NCBI GenBank assembly: GCA_964421085.1
Contig: CAYQVO010000003.1
Location: 52,424 to 116,423, forward strand
Source of the DNA: an uncultured Bdellovibrionales bacterium
Lineage (GTDB): Bacteria; Bdellovibrionota_C; UBA2361; CAYQVO01
DNA length: 64,000 nucleotides
Direction: 5' to 3'
This document shows, one piece after another, positions 46,803 through 56,171 of the stretch (within the stretch, counting starts at the first letter, position 1; every line of letters begins with the position of its first letter). A program made the translations under genes and the position numbers. The notes under the pieces are model-generated. The model did not search any database. It was not told the DNA's origin and worked only from the letters and a program-made list of their open reading frames with translations.

Positions 46803-47597
46803 ATGAAAACAGTAATAATCATCCCGGCCCGGTATGGATCAAGCAGATTTCCGGGAAAACCGCTTGTTGTAATTGAAGGACGATCTCTCCTGAACCGCAC
46901 ATGGCTCATTGCCCGGGACGTGCCCGGCGCAGATGAAGTTTATATAGCGACAGACGACCGGCGTCTGTTCGATCATGCACGGGAATTCGGGGCACAGGTG
47001 CTGATGACATCCTCCAAATGCAGAAACGGAACAGAACGAGTGTATGAAGCCGCCGGGAAACTGCCTGAGACTCCCGGCATAATCATAAACCTTCAGGGCG
47101 ATGCTCTTCTCACGCCTCCCTGGGTCATACAGGCTCTGATAGATAAAATGAAGGTAGATGCCTCGGCGGAAATTGCAACACCGGCAACCAGACTCAATGC
47201 TGCACAGTATGAGGCTCTGCTTGATTCAAAAAAAACGGGCCAGGCGGCGGGAACAACCGTCACTTTCGATTCGAACGGCTATGCTCTTTACTTCTCGAAG
47301 TCCGTAATCCCGTTTGTAAGGACGCGAAGTGAAGCTCTTCCCGTATACCGTCATATCGGGCTTTATGCATACAGGTTTGAATCACTCGAGCGTCTGCAGA
47401 GTCTCGAACCGGGACAGTTCGAAAGAGCTGAACAGCTCGAACAGCTCCGGGCTCTGGAGCACGGCATCAGGATCCTCATTGTCCCTGTTGATTACCGCGG
47501 GCGAACTCACTGGTCGGTCGACAGTCCTGAGGATGCCGGGAAAGCCGCCGAGATAATAAGAAGAGAAGGAGAGCTTTGTGAATCTTTATCTTATTAG
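46803..47597 (+). CDS. kdsB: 3-Deoxy-manno-octulosonate cytidylyltransferase (CMP-Kdo synthetase)
   Basis: MKTVIIIPARYGSSRFPGKPL is the conserved N-terminus. The start is the ATG at 46803 (GGAGCGG Shine-Dalgarno sequence), not the track's 46740. Confidence 0.8.
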   Translation: MKTVIIIPARYGSSRFPGKPLVVIEGRSLLNRTWLIARDVPGADEVYIATDDRRLFDHAREFGAQVLMTSSKCRNGTERVYEAAGKLPETPGIIINLQGDALLTPPWVIQALIDKMKVDASAEIATPATRLNAAQYEALLDSKKTGQAAGTTVTFDSNGYALYFSKSVIPFVRTRSEALPVYRHIGLYAYRFESLERLQSLEPGQFERAEQLEQLRALEHGIRILIVPVDYRGRTHWSVDSPEDAGKAAEIIRREGELCESLSY

Positions 47598-48207
47598 ACA
47601 TGGAAACACCTTCGAGCCTGACGAAAAAGTCGTCTGGGCGGGCTCGAGGAACGATCTTCCGCTGGTCAGAAAAGGGCTCGAACAGGCGGAGACTGCGGCA
47701 AAGTGGCTTCTTGACAATAATGTTAAACCGGCGGTTTTATTCTGCGGACCACTTGCGCGCACACGCACATTCGCCTCGATTATCCGTGAAAGAATTGGTC
47801 TGTCCGCACCGCTGATTGACCAGAGGCTCAATGAACTCGACTACGGCGAATGGAGCGGACTTACTGATGCTGAAGTTTCCGGGCTCTTCGGGGAAGACGC
47901 TTTGACTGCGTGGCGGGATGAAGGCACATGGCCTGCACGCGGAAACTGGGGGAAAAGCGAGGCGGAGGTTCTGGAGGAAACGCGTGCGTTTCTATCCGAC
48001 ATGGCGGATAAGTTTTCTTCTGAGGATTCCGTCATTGCGGTGACCAGCAATGGGAGACTCAAGTATTTTCTGAAGGCGTGTAGACATAATGTTCCGGCGG
48101 GAGAGATTTCCGTCAAGACGGGCAGGATATGTCTTATTTCCTGTCATGCCGGACCGGGCGAAGGAGTCTTGTGCGACGTCCTGTTCTGGAACAAAAAGCC
48201 GGATTAG
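47578..48207 (+). CDS. Histidine phosphatase superfamily protein (phosphoglycerate-mutase-like)
   Basis: The RHG catalytic motif LYLIRHGNT. GTG start with an AGAAGGAGAG Shine-Dalgarno sequence; overlaps kdsB by 20 bp. Confidence 0.65.
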   Translation: MNLYLIRHGNTFEPDEKVVWAGSRNDLPLVRKGLEQAETAAKWLLDNNVKPAVLFCGPLARTRTFASIIRERIGLSAPLIDQRLNELDYGEWSGLTDAEVSGLFGEDALTAWRDEGTWPARGNWGKSEAEVLEETRAFLSDMADKFSSEDSVIAVTSNGRLKYFLKACRHNVPAGEISVKTGRICLISCHAGPGEGVLCDVLFWNKKPD

Positions 48208-48698
48208 AGCGGGCCGCCGAATTTCCGCTTCAGCGCCTCTCTCACTTCCTTCGGCACAAAACGCGAAACATCCCCCTTCATCTGCGCTATCTGCTTCACG
48301 ATGCTCGAGCTTATGTATGAGTTCTCTTCCGACGCCACCAGGAAGCATGTCTCCACATCTCCAAGATTCCTGTTCACCAGGGCGATCTGCGTTTCGTAAT
48401 CGAAGTCGCTGATTGCCCTCAAACCGCGCACAATCACCTTGATATTTTCCTGTTTCACGAAATCCACGAGCAGACTCGAAAAACTCTTGACGAAAACTCT
48501 GTCGGTGTATTCCTTGAATATTTCGCGAATAAGAGCCACCCGCTCTTCGGGCGCAAACAACGAGGCTTTTTGGGGGTTATGGAGGACGGCAACTGTCACA
48601 CGGTTGAATATCTTGAGCCCACGCAGGATTATATCGACGTGGCCGTTTGTGAGCGGATCGAACGATCCGGGAAATACCGCACTGTCTATCAGGGTCAT
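48204..48698 (-). CDS. coaD: Phosphopantetheine adenylyltransferase
   Basis: AVFPGSFDPLTNGHVDII (the T/HxGH nucleotidyltransferase motif). 164 aa. Confidence 0.85.
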   Translation of the reverse strand: MTLIDSAVFPGSFDPLTNGHVDIILRGLKIFNRVTVAVLHNPQKASLFAPEERVALIREIFKEYTDRVFVKSFSSLLVDFVKQENIKVIVRGLRAISDFDYETQIALVNRNLGDVETCFLVASEENSYISSSIVKQIAQMKGDVSRFVPKEVREALKRKFGGPL

Positions 48699-48774
48699 AC
48701 GTGTCTGTCGCTCCCGTCGCCGTTATAACGATTTTTCAAATGAAGCGCCAGCGGAAGCAGGGGAAAGAAACATT

Positions 48775-49956
48775 CTACATCACCTTCCAGATCAGGAACG
48801 CCCCCATCGCGACGCACGCCGAAGCAAAGAACAGCAGAAGAAGCTGCCACCCGCGAGGCGGGAGCCTTCCCGGTTTCAGACCCCCCTTTTTTCCTGCTCC
48901 TGTCGAGCCTGTACCCGTTCCCGCAACAGTACCCGTTGAAGGATTTTTCCTTTTCTTCGGAGTCTTCCACCTGTTTCCAAAAAGAACGTTCCCCGGCGAG
49001 GCCGGCCACTCCTTTATTTCCGACGCTTCGAAACCTCCCTCCACGGAAATGCCCGTTTCAGGCGCCGCCTTCCTCGGCGAGTCGCTCCTGCTGTACATAA
49101 CGAGCGCATTCATGAAGTCATTATCGAGACCGAGCGCTGCGCCGAAAGCCCGCACCATTTCCGCGCCTGTCCTGAATCGTTCTTCCTTCCCGAATGCCAG
49201 CGCCTTGTCGAACTCGGCCTCTAGAGCAAGCGGGAGTTCGGGCGCGACAGCAGTAAGATCGTGACGGATTCCTTTCAGTATATTCGTGAGAACAGCAGTA
49301 GAGTCCCTGCCTGAAAAAGGCCGTTTCCCTGAAAAACACTCAAATGCCATCACACCAAGACTGAAAAGATCGGTCTGATTATCCACGTCTTTATTGAGAA
49401 TCTGCTCGGGCGACATGTAACTTGGGGTCCCCATTACAGGCTCGCTTCCGTCAGGAGAGCCGCCCATATGGGCGACACCGAAATCAAGAACGTAAGCGCG
49501 GCGTACGCGATCAATGAGGACATTGCTCGGCTTTATGTCGCGGTGAATCACACCATTTCCATGCGCGTAATCCAGAGCGGAAGCGACCTGCGCAATAATG
49601 TGCATGGCATCATGAATCGAAAGCTTCTCGAGCCGTTCGAGCCGCCGGTCGAGCCCCTCTCCTTCGACATGATCCATTACAAGGTATGGGCTCTCGTTTT
49701 CGGTGCTCACCTCGAAAATAGTGATGATACTGGGATGGCGGAGATTTCCCGCTGACCGGGCCTCTGTCCTGAATCTCTCAAGCGCAGCTTCTTCCGTGAA
49801 AACGCTGTCCCCGGTAATCCGCCTGAGGACTTTGATGGCGACTGTTCTGCCGATTTCCGGATCCTGAGCTTTGTACACGATACCCATCGAACCACGCCCG
49901 ATGGTTTCCAAAATGGTGTATTTGCCGATTGTGTGGACCGTACCGCTGTCTGCCAT
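48775..49956 (-). CDS. Hanks-type Ser/Thr protein kinase with a C-terminal TM anchor
   Basis: GRGSMGIVYKA, VAIKVL, HRDIKPSNVLI, DFGVA and GTPSYMSPE. The C-terminal LLLLFFASACVAMGAFLIW is a TM segment. Confidence 0.8.
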   Translation of the reverse strand: MADSGTVHTIGKYTILETIGRGSMGIVYKAQDPEIGRTVAIKVLRRITGDSVFTEEAALERFRTEARSAGNLRHPSIITIFEVSTENESPYLVMDHVEGEGLDRRLERLEKLSIHDAMHIIAQVASALDYAHGNGVIHRDIKPSNVLIDRVRRAYVLDFGVAHMGGSPDGSEPVMGTPSYMSPEQILNKDVDNQTDLFSLGVMAFECFSGKRPFSGRDSTAVLTNILKGIRHDLTAVAPELPLALEAEFDKALAFGKEERFRTGAEMVRAFGAALGLDNDFMNALVMYSRSDSPRKAAPETGISVEGGFEASEIKEWPASPGNVLFGNRWKTPKKRKNPSTGTVAGTGTGSTGAGKKGGLKPGRLPPRGWQLLLLFFASACVAMGAFLIWKVM

Positions 49957-50335
49957 TGGAGAGAAATGGTATCATATATAACTCGCCGAAAATACACCGT
50001 TTAAGATTGCCGATTAAGTGTGCGATCAGTTGCGAATATCCCCCGAATCCATTTTCAAATGCTCTCAGAACCCGTATAATTTTCAGGATTTCCGGGACTT
50101 TTCACACTTCTCCTTCCCCTCATTGCCCGTCAGGATGACAAGTTCGGGCAGCATGAAAAATCGGGGCAAAGAGGCCTGGTACGGGAAAACGACTGGAAAA
50201 TCCGGCTGCATTCTCTGCTGCCCTTCAGTGGGCCTGCTGCTCCATTGGTACGGCAGATGTGCGGCACTCCCTGAAGATTGGCCCGGCTGATAATAAGTCC
50301 GGCGCGTTACTTTTTAATATTTTTGAGAGAAAAAG

Positions 50336-53300
50336 ATGACTGAACGAACCAGGTTGACAATCGATGGTAACGAGGCGACTGCCGGCGTAGCTCATCGTCT
50401 GAGCGAAGTTATTGCCATATATCCGATCACCCCGTCTTCCAATATGGGAGAGCTTTCCGATCAGTGGTCGGCGGAGGGCCGCCGGAACATCTGGGGGACA
50501 GTTCCCCTGGTTGTGGAGATGCAGAGCGAGGGAGGGGCTTCCGGCGCTGTGCACGGCGCGCTGCAGACAGGAGGTTTGTCCACTACCTTTACTGCATCGC
50601 AGGGACTCCTGCTCATGATACCGAACATGTTCAAGATCGCAGGAGAGCTTACTTCAACTGTCTTCCATGTGACCGCAAGGACCGTGGCGACTCACGCTCT
50701 CTCAATTTTCGGCGATCACTCCGATGTCATGGCGACTCGCAGCACCGGCTGGGCGCTTGCCTGCTCCGGTTCCGTCCAGGAAGCAATGGACATGGCCGCA
50801 ATCTGCCATTCGGCGACACTCGAAGCCCGGGTGCCTTTCCTTCATTTCTTTGACGGATTCCGAACCTCGCATGAAGTGCTGAAAATCGAAACGCTCTCCG
50901 ACGACGATCTGAGAAAGATGGTGAGTGACGACCTTGTCCGCGCTCACAGAGCCAGAGCTCTTAATCCCGAAAGTCCGAAACTGCGGGGCACAGCGCAGAA
51001 TCCTGATGTATTCTTTCAGGCCCGTGAGGCGTGCAACCCGTATTATGACAAGTGCGCGGGGATCGTTCAGAAAGCAATGGACAAGTATGCTGCTTTGACC
51101 GGCCGCGCTTATCGCCTCTTTGACTATGTCGGCGCACCGGACGCTGAGCGGGTGATTATCATGATGGGCTCCGGCGCCGAAGTCGCGCATGAAGCTGTGG
51201 AACACCTGGTCAAAAAGGGCGAAAAGGTCGGCCTTATAAAGGTTCGTCTCTTCCGTCCGTTCTCGACAGAGGCGCTTCTTCAGGCTCTTCCGAAATCGAC
51301 GAAATCAATCGCGGTCCTCGATCGCACCAAGGAACCGGGCGCTGTCGGTGAGCCGCTTTATCAGGATGTAATCACGGCGCTTGGTGAAGCCCTTGTCCGC
51401 GGCACGTCCCCATTTGGAAACACGATCCCTCGCGTCGTGGGGGGCCGATACGGGCTTTCTTCGAAGGAATTCACTCCGGCAATGGCCAAGGGTGTTTTTG
51501 ATGCCCTTGAAGATTCCGCGATCAAGAGTTCAACTCCGCAGCATTTCACCATCGGCATTGAGGATGATGTCACCAACCTGAGCATCAAGTACGACCCGGG
51601 TTTCAGCTCCGAAAGACCCGATACTGTGCGCGCCATGTTCTACGGACTCGGCGCGGATGGAACAGTCGGCGCCAACAAGAACTCGATTAAGATTATCGGC
51701 GAAGACACTGAAAACTATGCTCAGGGCTATTTCGTGTACGACTCCAAGAAGTCCGGCTCGATGACGGTATCTCACCTTCGATTCGGACCTGAGCCAATCA
51801 GGTCGTCATACCTTATTTCACGCGCCAACTTTATCGCATGCCATCAGTTCAACTTCCTGGAGAGGATCGATGTTCTGCAGGCGGCCGACGAAAACGCGGT
51901 CTTTCTTCTCAACAGCACGTTCGGGCCTGACGAAGTGTGGAATGAACTCCCGCGCAGGATTCAGGAAGAGATAATCGAGAAGAAGCTGAAATTTTACGTG
52001 ATTGACGGTTATTCCGTAGCGCGCGCAGCGGGAATGGGAACACGCATCAATACCGTGATGCAGACATGCTTCTTTGCGATAAGCGGCGTTTTGCCCCGTG
52101 AAGAGGCGATCAAGGCAATCAAGTTTGCGGTGAAGAAGACTTACGGGAAGCGCGGCGAAGCGGTGGTTCAGAAGAATTATGACGCCATCGACGCGGCCCT
52201 TGCGCATCTGCACGAAGTCAAGGTCCCTGCATCGGCAACCAGCACGATCGAAATGAAGCCGCCGTTCTCAAATGAAGCGCCTGACTTTATCAGGAATGTG
52301 CTCGGTTCGATATTTGGAGGAAAGGGAGACTCGCTCCCGGTGAGCGCCATGCCTCGGGACGGCACATTCCCCACAGCAACAGCCCAGTGGGAGAAGCGCA
52401 ATATTACGCTCGAGATTCCGGTGTGGGATACTGAATCATGCATTCAGTGCGGTAAATGCAGTCTTGTGTGCCCGCACGCCGCAATCCGCGCGAAGATCTA
52501 TGACGCAGAGCTTGCGAAGAACGCTCCTGCGACATTCAAATCAGTTCCTGCGAAGTGGGCGGAGTTCAAGGGGCAGATGTTCACACTTCAGATCGCTCCC
52601 GAAGACTGCACCGGATGCGGGTTATGCCTCGAGGCATGTCCTGTAAAGAGCAAGACCGAGGTCAAACGCAAAGCCATAAACATGGCGCCGCAGCCTCCCA
52701 TAAGGGAAAGCGAGAACGAGAACTGGAAGTTCTTCCTCGGCATTCCCGAAGTGGACCGAAGCAAACTGAAAGTGAACATGGTCAAGGATGTTCAGCTTCT
52801 GCGTCCGCTCTTCGAGTTCTCGGGAGCGTGCGGCGGATGCGGCGAGACTCCATACCTGAAGCTCATGTCGCAGCTCTTCGGAGACAGGGCCGTCTGCGCA
52901 AATGCCACGGGCTGCTCGTCCATATACGGCGCGAATCTTCCGACCACGCCCTGGGCGGTTAATGCTGATGGGCGGGGTCCTTCATGGTCGAACTCCCTGT
53001 TTGAAGACAATGCCGAGTTCGGACTTGGATACAGACTTACAATCGACAAGCAGAATGAGTACGCAAAGGAACTCGTGCAGAAGATGTCGGAGCAAATCGG
53101 CGCCGACCTCGTAACGCGCCTGATGGAAACGGACCAGCACACGGAGCTCGGGATCGCGGAGCAGCGGGCAAACGTCGCAGCGCTGAAAACGATCCTCGCC
53201 GGAATTGATTCGGACGATTCGCGGAATCTCGCAAGCATTGCCGACGTTCTGGTGAGGCGAAGCGTCTGGATTATCGGCGGCGACGGCTGGGCTTATGATA

Positions 53301-53923
53301 TCGGCTATGGAGGGCTCGATCACGTTCTCGCCTCCGGCCGCGACGTCAATATTCTTGTGCTGGATACTGAAGTGTATTCCAACACAGGAGGGCAGATGTC
53401 GAAGGCAACTCCGAAGGGCGCTGTCGCAAAGTTTGCGGCGGGCGGAAAGCGTCAGGCGAAAAAAGAGCTTGGCCTCTTTGCCATGGCGTACGGCACGGTG
53501 TATGTCGCCAAGGTCGCCTTCGGCGCCAATGATGCGCACACAATCCGCGCTTTCATTGAAGCTGAAAGGCACCCCGGCCCGTCCATCGTAATCGCGTACT
53601 GTCACTGCATTGCTCACGGGTACGATCTTAAAAACGGCCTTGAGCAGCAGAAAGCCGCAGTTGCGTCGGGCTACTGGCCGTTGTATCGCTACAATCCGGC
53701 TTTGAAGGCTGAAGGGAAAAATCCTTTCATGCTGGATTCGAAGAAACCGGCCCTTCCGCTCGAGAAGTACATGTACAATGAGACGCGTTTCAAAATGCTT
53801 ACGCAGATTGCCCCGGAGGCGGCCGCGCAGCTTTTGAAGGAAGCTCAGGCTGACGTCACCGAGCGGTTCGCGGACTATGAGAAGCTTGCGGGCGCCGGTT
53901 CATCCGAAGCGGGCGCTGAATAG
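50336..53923 (+). CDS. nifJ: Pyruvate:ferredoxin (flavodoxin) oxidoreductase, single-chain
   Basis: 1195 aa. Two 4Fe-4S motifs (CIQCGKCSLVCPHAAI and CTGCGLCLEACP) and the TPP-binding region IIGGDGWAYDIGYGGLDH. Confidence 0.9.
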   Translation: MTERTRLTIDGNEATAGVAHRLSEVIAIYPITPSSNMGELSDQWSAEGRRNIWGTVPLVVEMQSEGGASGAVHGALQTGGLSTTFTASQGLLLMIPNMFKIAGELTSTVFHVTARTVATHALSIFGDHSDVMATRSTGWALACSGSVQEAMDMAAICHSATLEARVPFLHFFDGFRTSHEVLKIETLSDDDLRKMVSDDLVRAHRARALNPESPKLRGTAQNPDVFFQAREACNPYYDKCAGIVQKAMDKYAALTGRAYRLFDYVGAPDAERVIIMMGSGAEVAHEAVEHLVKKGEKVGLIKVRLFRPFSTEALLQALPKSTKSIAVLDRTKEPGAVGEPLYQDVITALGEALVRGTSPFGNTIPRVVGGRYGLSSKEFTPAMAKGVFDALEDSAIKSSTPQHFTIGIEDDVTNLSIKYDPGFSSERPDTVRAMFYGLGADGTVGANKNSIKIIGEDTENYAQGYFVYDSKKSGSMTVSHLRFGPEPIRSSYLISRANFIACHQFNFLERIDVLQAADENAVFLLNSTFGPDEVWNELPRRIQEEIIEKKLKFYVIDGYSVARAAGMGTRINTVMQTCFFAISGVLPREEAIKAIKFAVKKTYGKRGEAVVQKNYDAIDAALAHLHEVKVPASATSTIEMKPPFSNEAPDFIRNVLGSIFGGKGDSLPVSAMPRDGTFPTATAQWEKRNITLEIPVWDTESCIQCGKCSLVCPHAAIRAKIYDAELAKNAPATFKSVPAKWAEFKGQMFTLQIAPEDCTGCGLCLEACPVKSKTEVKRKAINMAPQPPIRESENENWKFFLGIPEVDRSKLKVNMVKDVQLLRPLFEFSGACGGCGETPYLKLMSQLFGDRAVCANATGCSSIYGANLPTTPWAVNADGRGPSWSNSLFEDNAEFGLGYRLTIDKQNEYAKELVQKMSEQIGADLVTRLMETDQHTELGIAEQRANVAALKTILAGIDSDDSRNLASIADVLVRRSVWIIGGDGWAYDIGYGGLDHVLASGRDVNILVLDTEVYSNTGGQMSKATPKGAVAKFAAGGKRQAKKELGLFAMAYGTVYVAKVAFGANDAHTIRAFIEAERHPGPSIVIAYCHCIAHGYDLKNGLEQQKAAVASGYWPLYRYNPALKAEGKNPFMLDSKKPALPLEKYMYNETRFKMLTQIAPEAAAQLLKEAQADVTERFADYEKLAGAGSSEAGAE

Positions 53924-53956
53924 AATGTTTAAGTGACGAATGAATGGAGTGATATT

Positions 53957-54961
53957 ATGGCTGACCTTCGAACAAATTACCTGGGCCTCACCCTTGAAAA
54001 TCCAATCGTTCACGGCGCCGGGCCGCTGGCAAAAGACCTGGATTCCATACGCCGGATGGAAGACGCCGGCATAGGCGGAATCGTGCTGCACTCGCTTTTC
54101 GAGGAGCAGATAAACCATGACAGCAACGAACTCGACCACTTCCTTTTCGCAGGAAGCGAGAGCTTTGCGGAAGCGTTGACGTACTTCCCGGAACCGGCAA
54201 GCTACAAACTGGGGCCTGATGAGTATTTGACTCATATTCAGAAGGCGAAATCCGCCGTCAAAGTTCCCCTCATAGGGAGCCTTAACGGCGTGTCAACAGG
54301 CGGGTGGATAAGCTACGCAAAAAAGATTGAGGAGGCGGGAGCTGATGCTCTCGAGCTTAATATTTACTTCATTCCGACCGACCCCAACCTCACTTCTGAG
54401 CAGATTGAGAACAACTACGTCAGTCTGGTGAAGGATGTCGTTGCAGGCGTGAAAATTCCTGTCGCCGTCAAACTGAGCCCGTTTTTCAGCAATGTTGCAA
54501 ACATGGCAAAGAGACTCGAAGGAGCAGGAGCAAAAGCTCTTGTGCTCTTCAACCGCTTCTATCAGCCGGACATCGATCTGGAGGCTCTGGAAGTCGTGCC
54601 GAAAGCGACACTGAGCAGGCGTGACGAGCAGGAGTTCCGGCTTCCGCTTCGGTGGATTGCGATACTTTTCGGTAAAGTCGCCTGTGACCTCGCTCTCACG
54701 ACCGGCGTTCACACGTCGCAGGATGTTCTGAAGGGGCTGATGGCGGGCGCGAAAGTGACGATGCTCACTTCCGAGCTTATGAACAACGGCATCGGACGCA
54801 TTGCTCAGATCAAGACAGAGATGAAACAGTGGCTTGACGATAAAGAATACGCTTCTGTCGAGCAGATGACTGGCAGCATGAGCCAGAAGTCGGTGCCGCA
54901 TCCGGCTGTCTTCGAGCGCGCGCATTACATGCGGGCCCTCAACAAAGTTCCGCAGGGGTAA
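53957..54961 (+). CDS. Dihydroorotate-dehydrogenase-like TIM-barrel flavoprotein (PyrD family, PFOR-associated)
   Basis: [15 protein letters not shown] resembles a class-1 DHOD N-terminus. It lies 10 bp after PFOR. The ATG at 53957 (GGAGTG Shine-Dalgarno sequence) was preferred over the track's GTG at 53933. Confidence 0.55.
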   Translation: MADLRTNYLGLTLENPIVHGAGPLAKDLDSIRRMEDAGIGGIVLHSLFEEQINHDSNELDHFLFAGSESFAEALTYFPEPASYKLGPDEYLTHIQKAKSAVKVPLIGSLNGVSTGGWISYAKKIEEAGADALELNIYFIPTDPNLTSEQIENNYVSLVKDVVAGVKIPVAVKLSPFFSNVANMAKRLEGAGAKALVLFNRFYQPDIDLEALEVVPKATLSRRDEQEFRLPLRWIAILFGKVACDLALTTGVHTSQDVLKGLMAGAKVTMLTSELMNNGIGRIAQIKTEMKQWLDDKEYASVEQMTGSMSQKSVPHPAVFERAHYMRALNKVPQG

Positions 54962-55394
54962 GGCACTTCCCTCCATTTCCCGGCCACGACCTCAGGCCTG
55001 CTCAAGCGCGCCGGCCGAAGGGTTGTGGCCGGCGACCATCACTTGCCGCACAGATCGTACTTGAATACCCCGATGCTCCTGAGAAAATCGCCTTCCGCGA
55101 CCTTCCTGCCTCGTCCGTCGAAAACCACAAAACTGTACATTTGATCCTCAGTGCCGGGGCAGTGAATCAGTTCCAGCCGGTGCTGCCTGCGCGGAACCGC
55201 CTTTCTGACCTCTTTCAGGACACGGCACAAATCGGCAAGTATTATTCTCTCTGTGTTCAATCTCTCTCTTCGATGCGGAAGGAGCGCCGCCGGAAAGGCG
55301 GATTCTTCAGCAAATAATAAGATGCTTCCGTGCCGGCTGATTTTTCGGAAAAGTCCGGATTGTAAAAGCAACGGATGGAGGGTTTCGCTTTCGA

Positions 55395-55892
55395 TTATTC
55401 CGCTTCCGCGCGAGGAGCAAGCATCACCACTTTCGGCGGCGTCTTAAGTGCGAATTCTCCCCCGCGATCATAAACAAGAATTTCTTCTCCTGGATTACCA
55501 TCTTCATCAAGCCTGACTATCGTGACACTTTCAGAGTTTACGCCGACTACTGCAAAGTGAGCTTCAGCTCGAGTCGGATCATCACAGGGCGTTCTCTTGT
55601 TGCCCAGGTGAGAGCTGCCGCATGGGTAATTTACCCTCACTACCCCCTTCGGGAATTCAGTCGCACGTTCGAACTCTTCTGAGCAGATTATGTCACCGAC
55701 TCTGGGGTCGGTAGTGTAGAGCTCAATGGCGCCTTCTTCATGCTCTGATTCAACAACTCTCAGAAGATGTTCAATATCTTTTCTTAAACCTTCGAAAGCT
55801 TCTCCAAGCAGATCCGAAAGGCCCTCAGCAGGCGGAAGCCCTAAACGTTCAAGGCTCGTAATAAAGGCGGCGTCAAATTGCAGCTTTGCCAT
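55395..55892 (-). CDS. Hypothetical protein
   Basis: ORF with an internal ATG (MAKLQFDAAF...) preceded by a GAGGAGAAAG Shine-Dalgarno sequence. No family recognised. It contains a CGSSHLGNKRTPCDDP segment. Confidence 0.4.
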   Translation of the reverse strand: MAKLQFDAAFITSLERLGLPPAEGLSDLLGEAFEGLRKDIEHLLRVVESEHEEGAIELYTTDPRVGDIICSEEFERATEFPKGVVRVNYPCGSSHLGNKRTPCDDPTRAEAHFAVVGVNSESVTIVRLDEDGNPGEEILVYDRGGEFALKTPPKVVMLAPRAEAE

Positions 55893-56171
55893 AGCTTCTT
55901 CTTTCTCCTCAAAAACCCCCATCTTCTATATCCCAAGCCCTCAATTCTTAGTCAAATGATCCACAGCTATTTTGAACATTATGAGCGGAAAAATTGCACG
56001 ACTTGAGGAGTACATAACCGGGCTGTCCAACCTGTTGGTTTGCAAGGTATTTTTCGGCTTCTTTCACTTCTCATCCCGGTTACTGTCAGGGTCGAAATGT
56101 CTCCGGTGGCAGCTTTTGGGAAAACACCTGGCGTATCTGGAAAATTTCCGGACATTCAATATGATTGCTTC

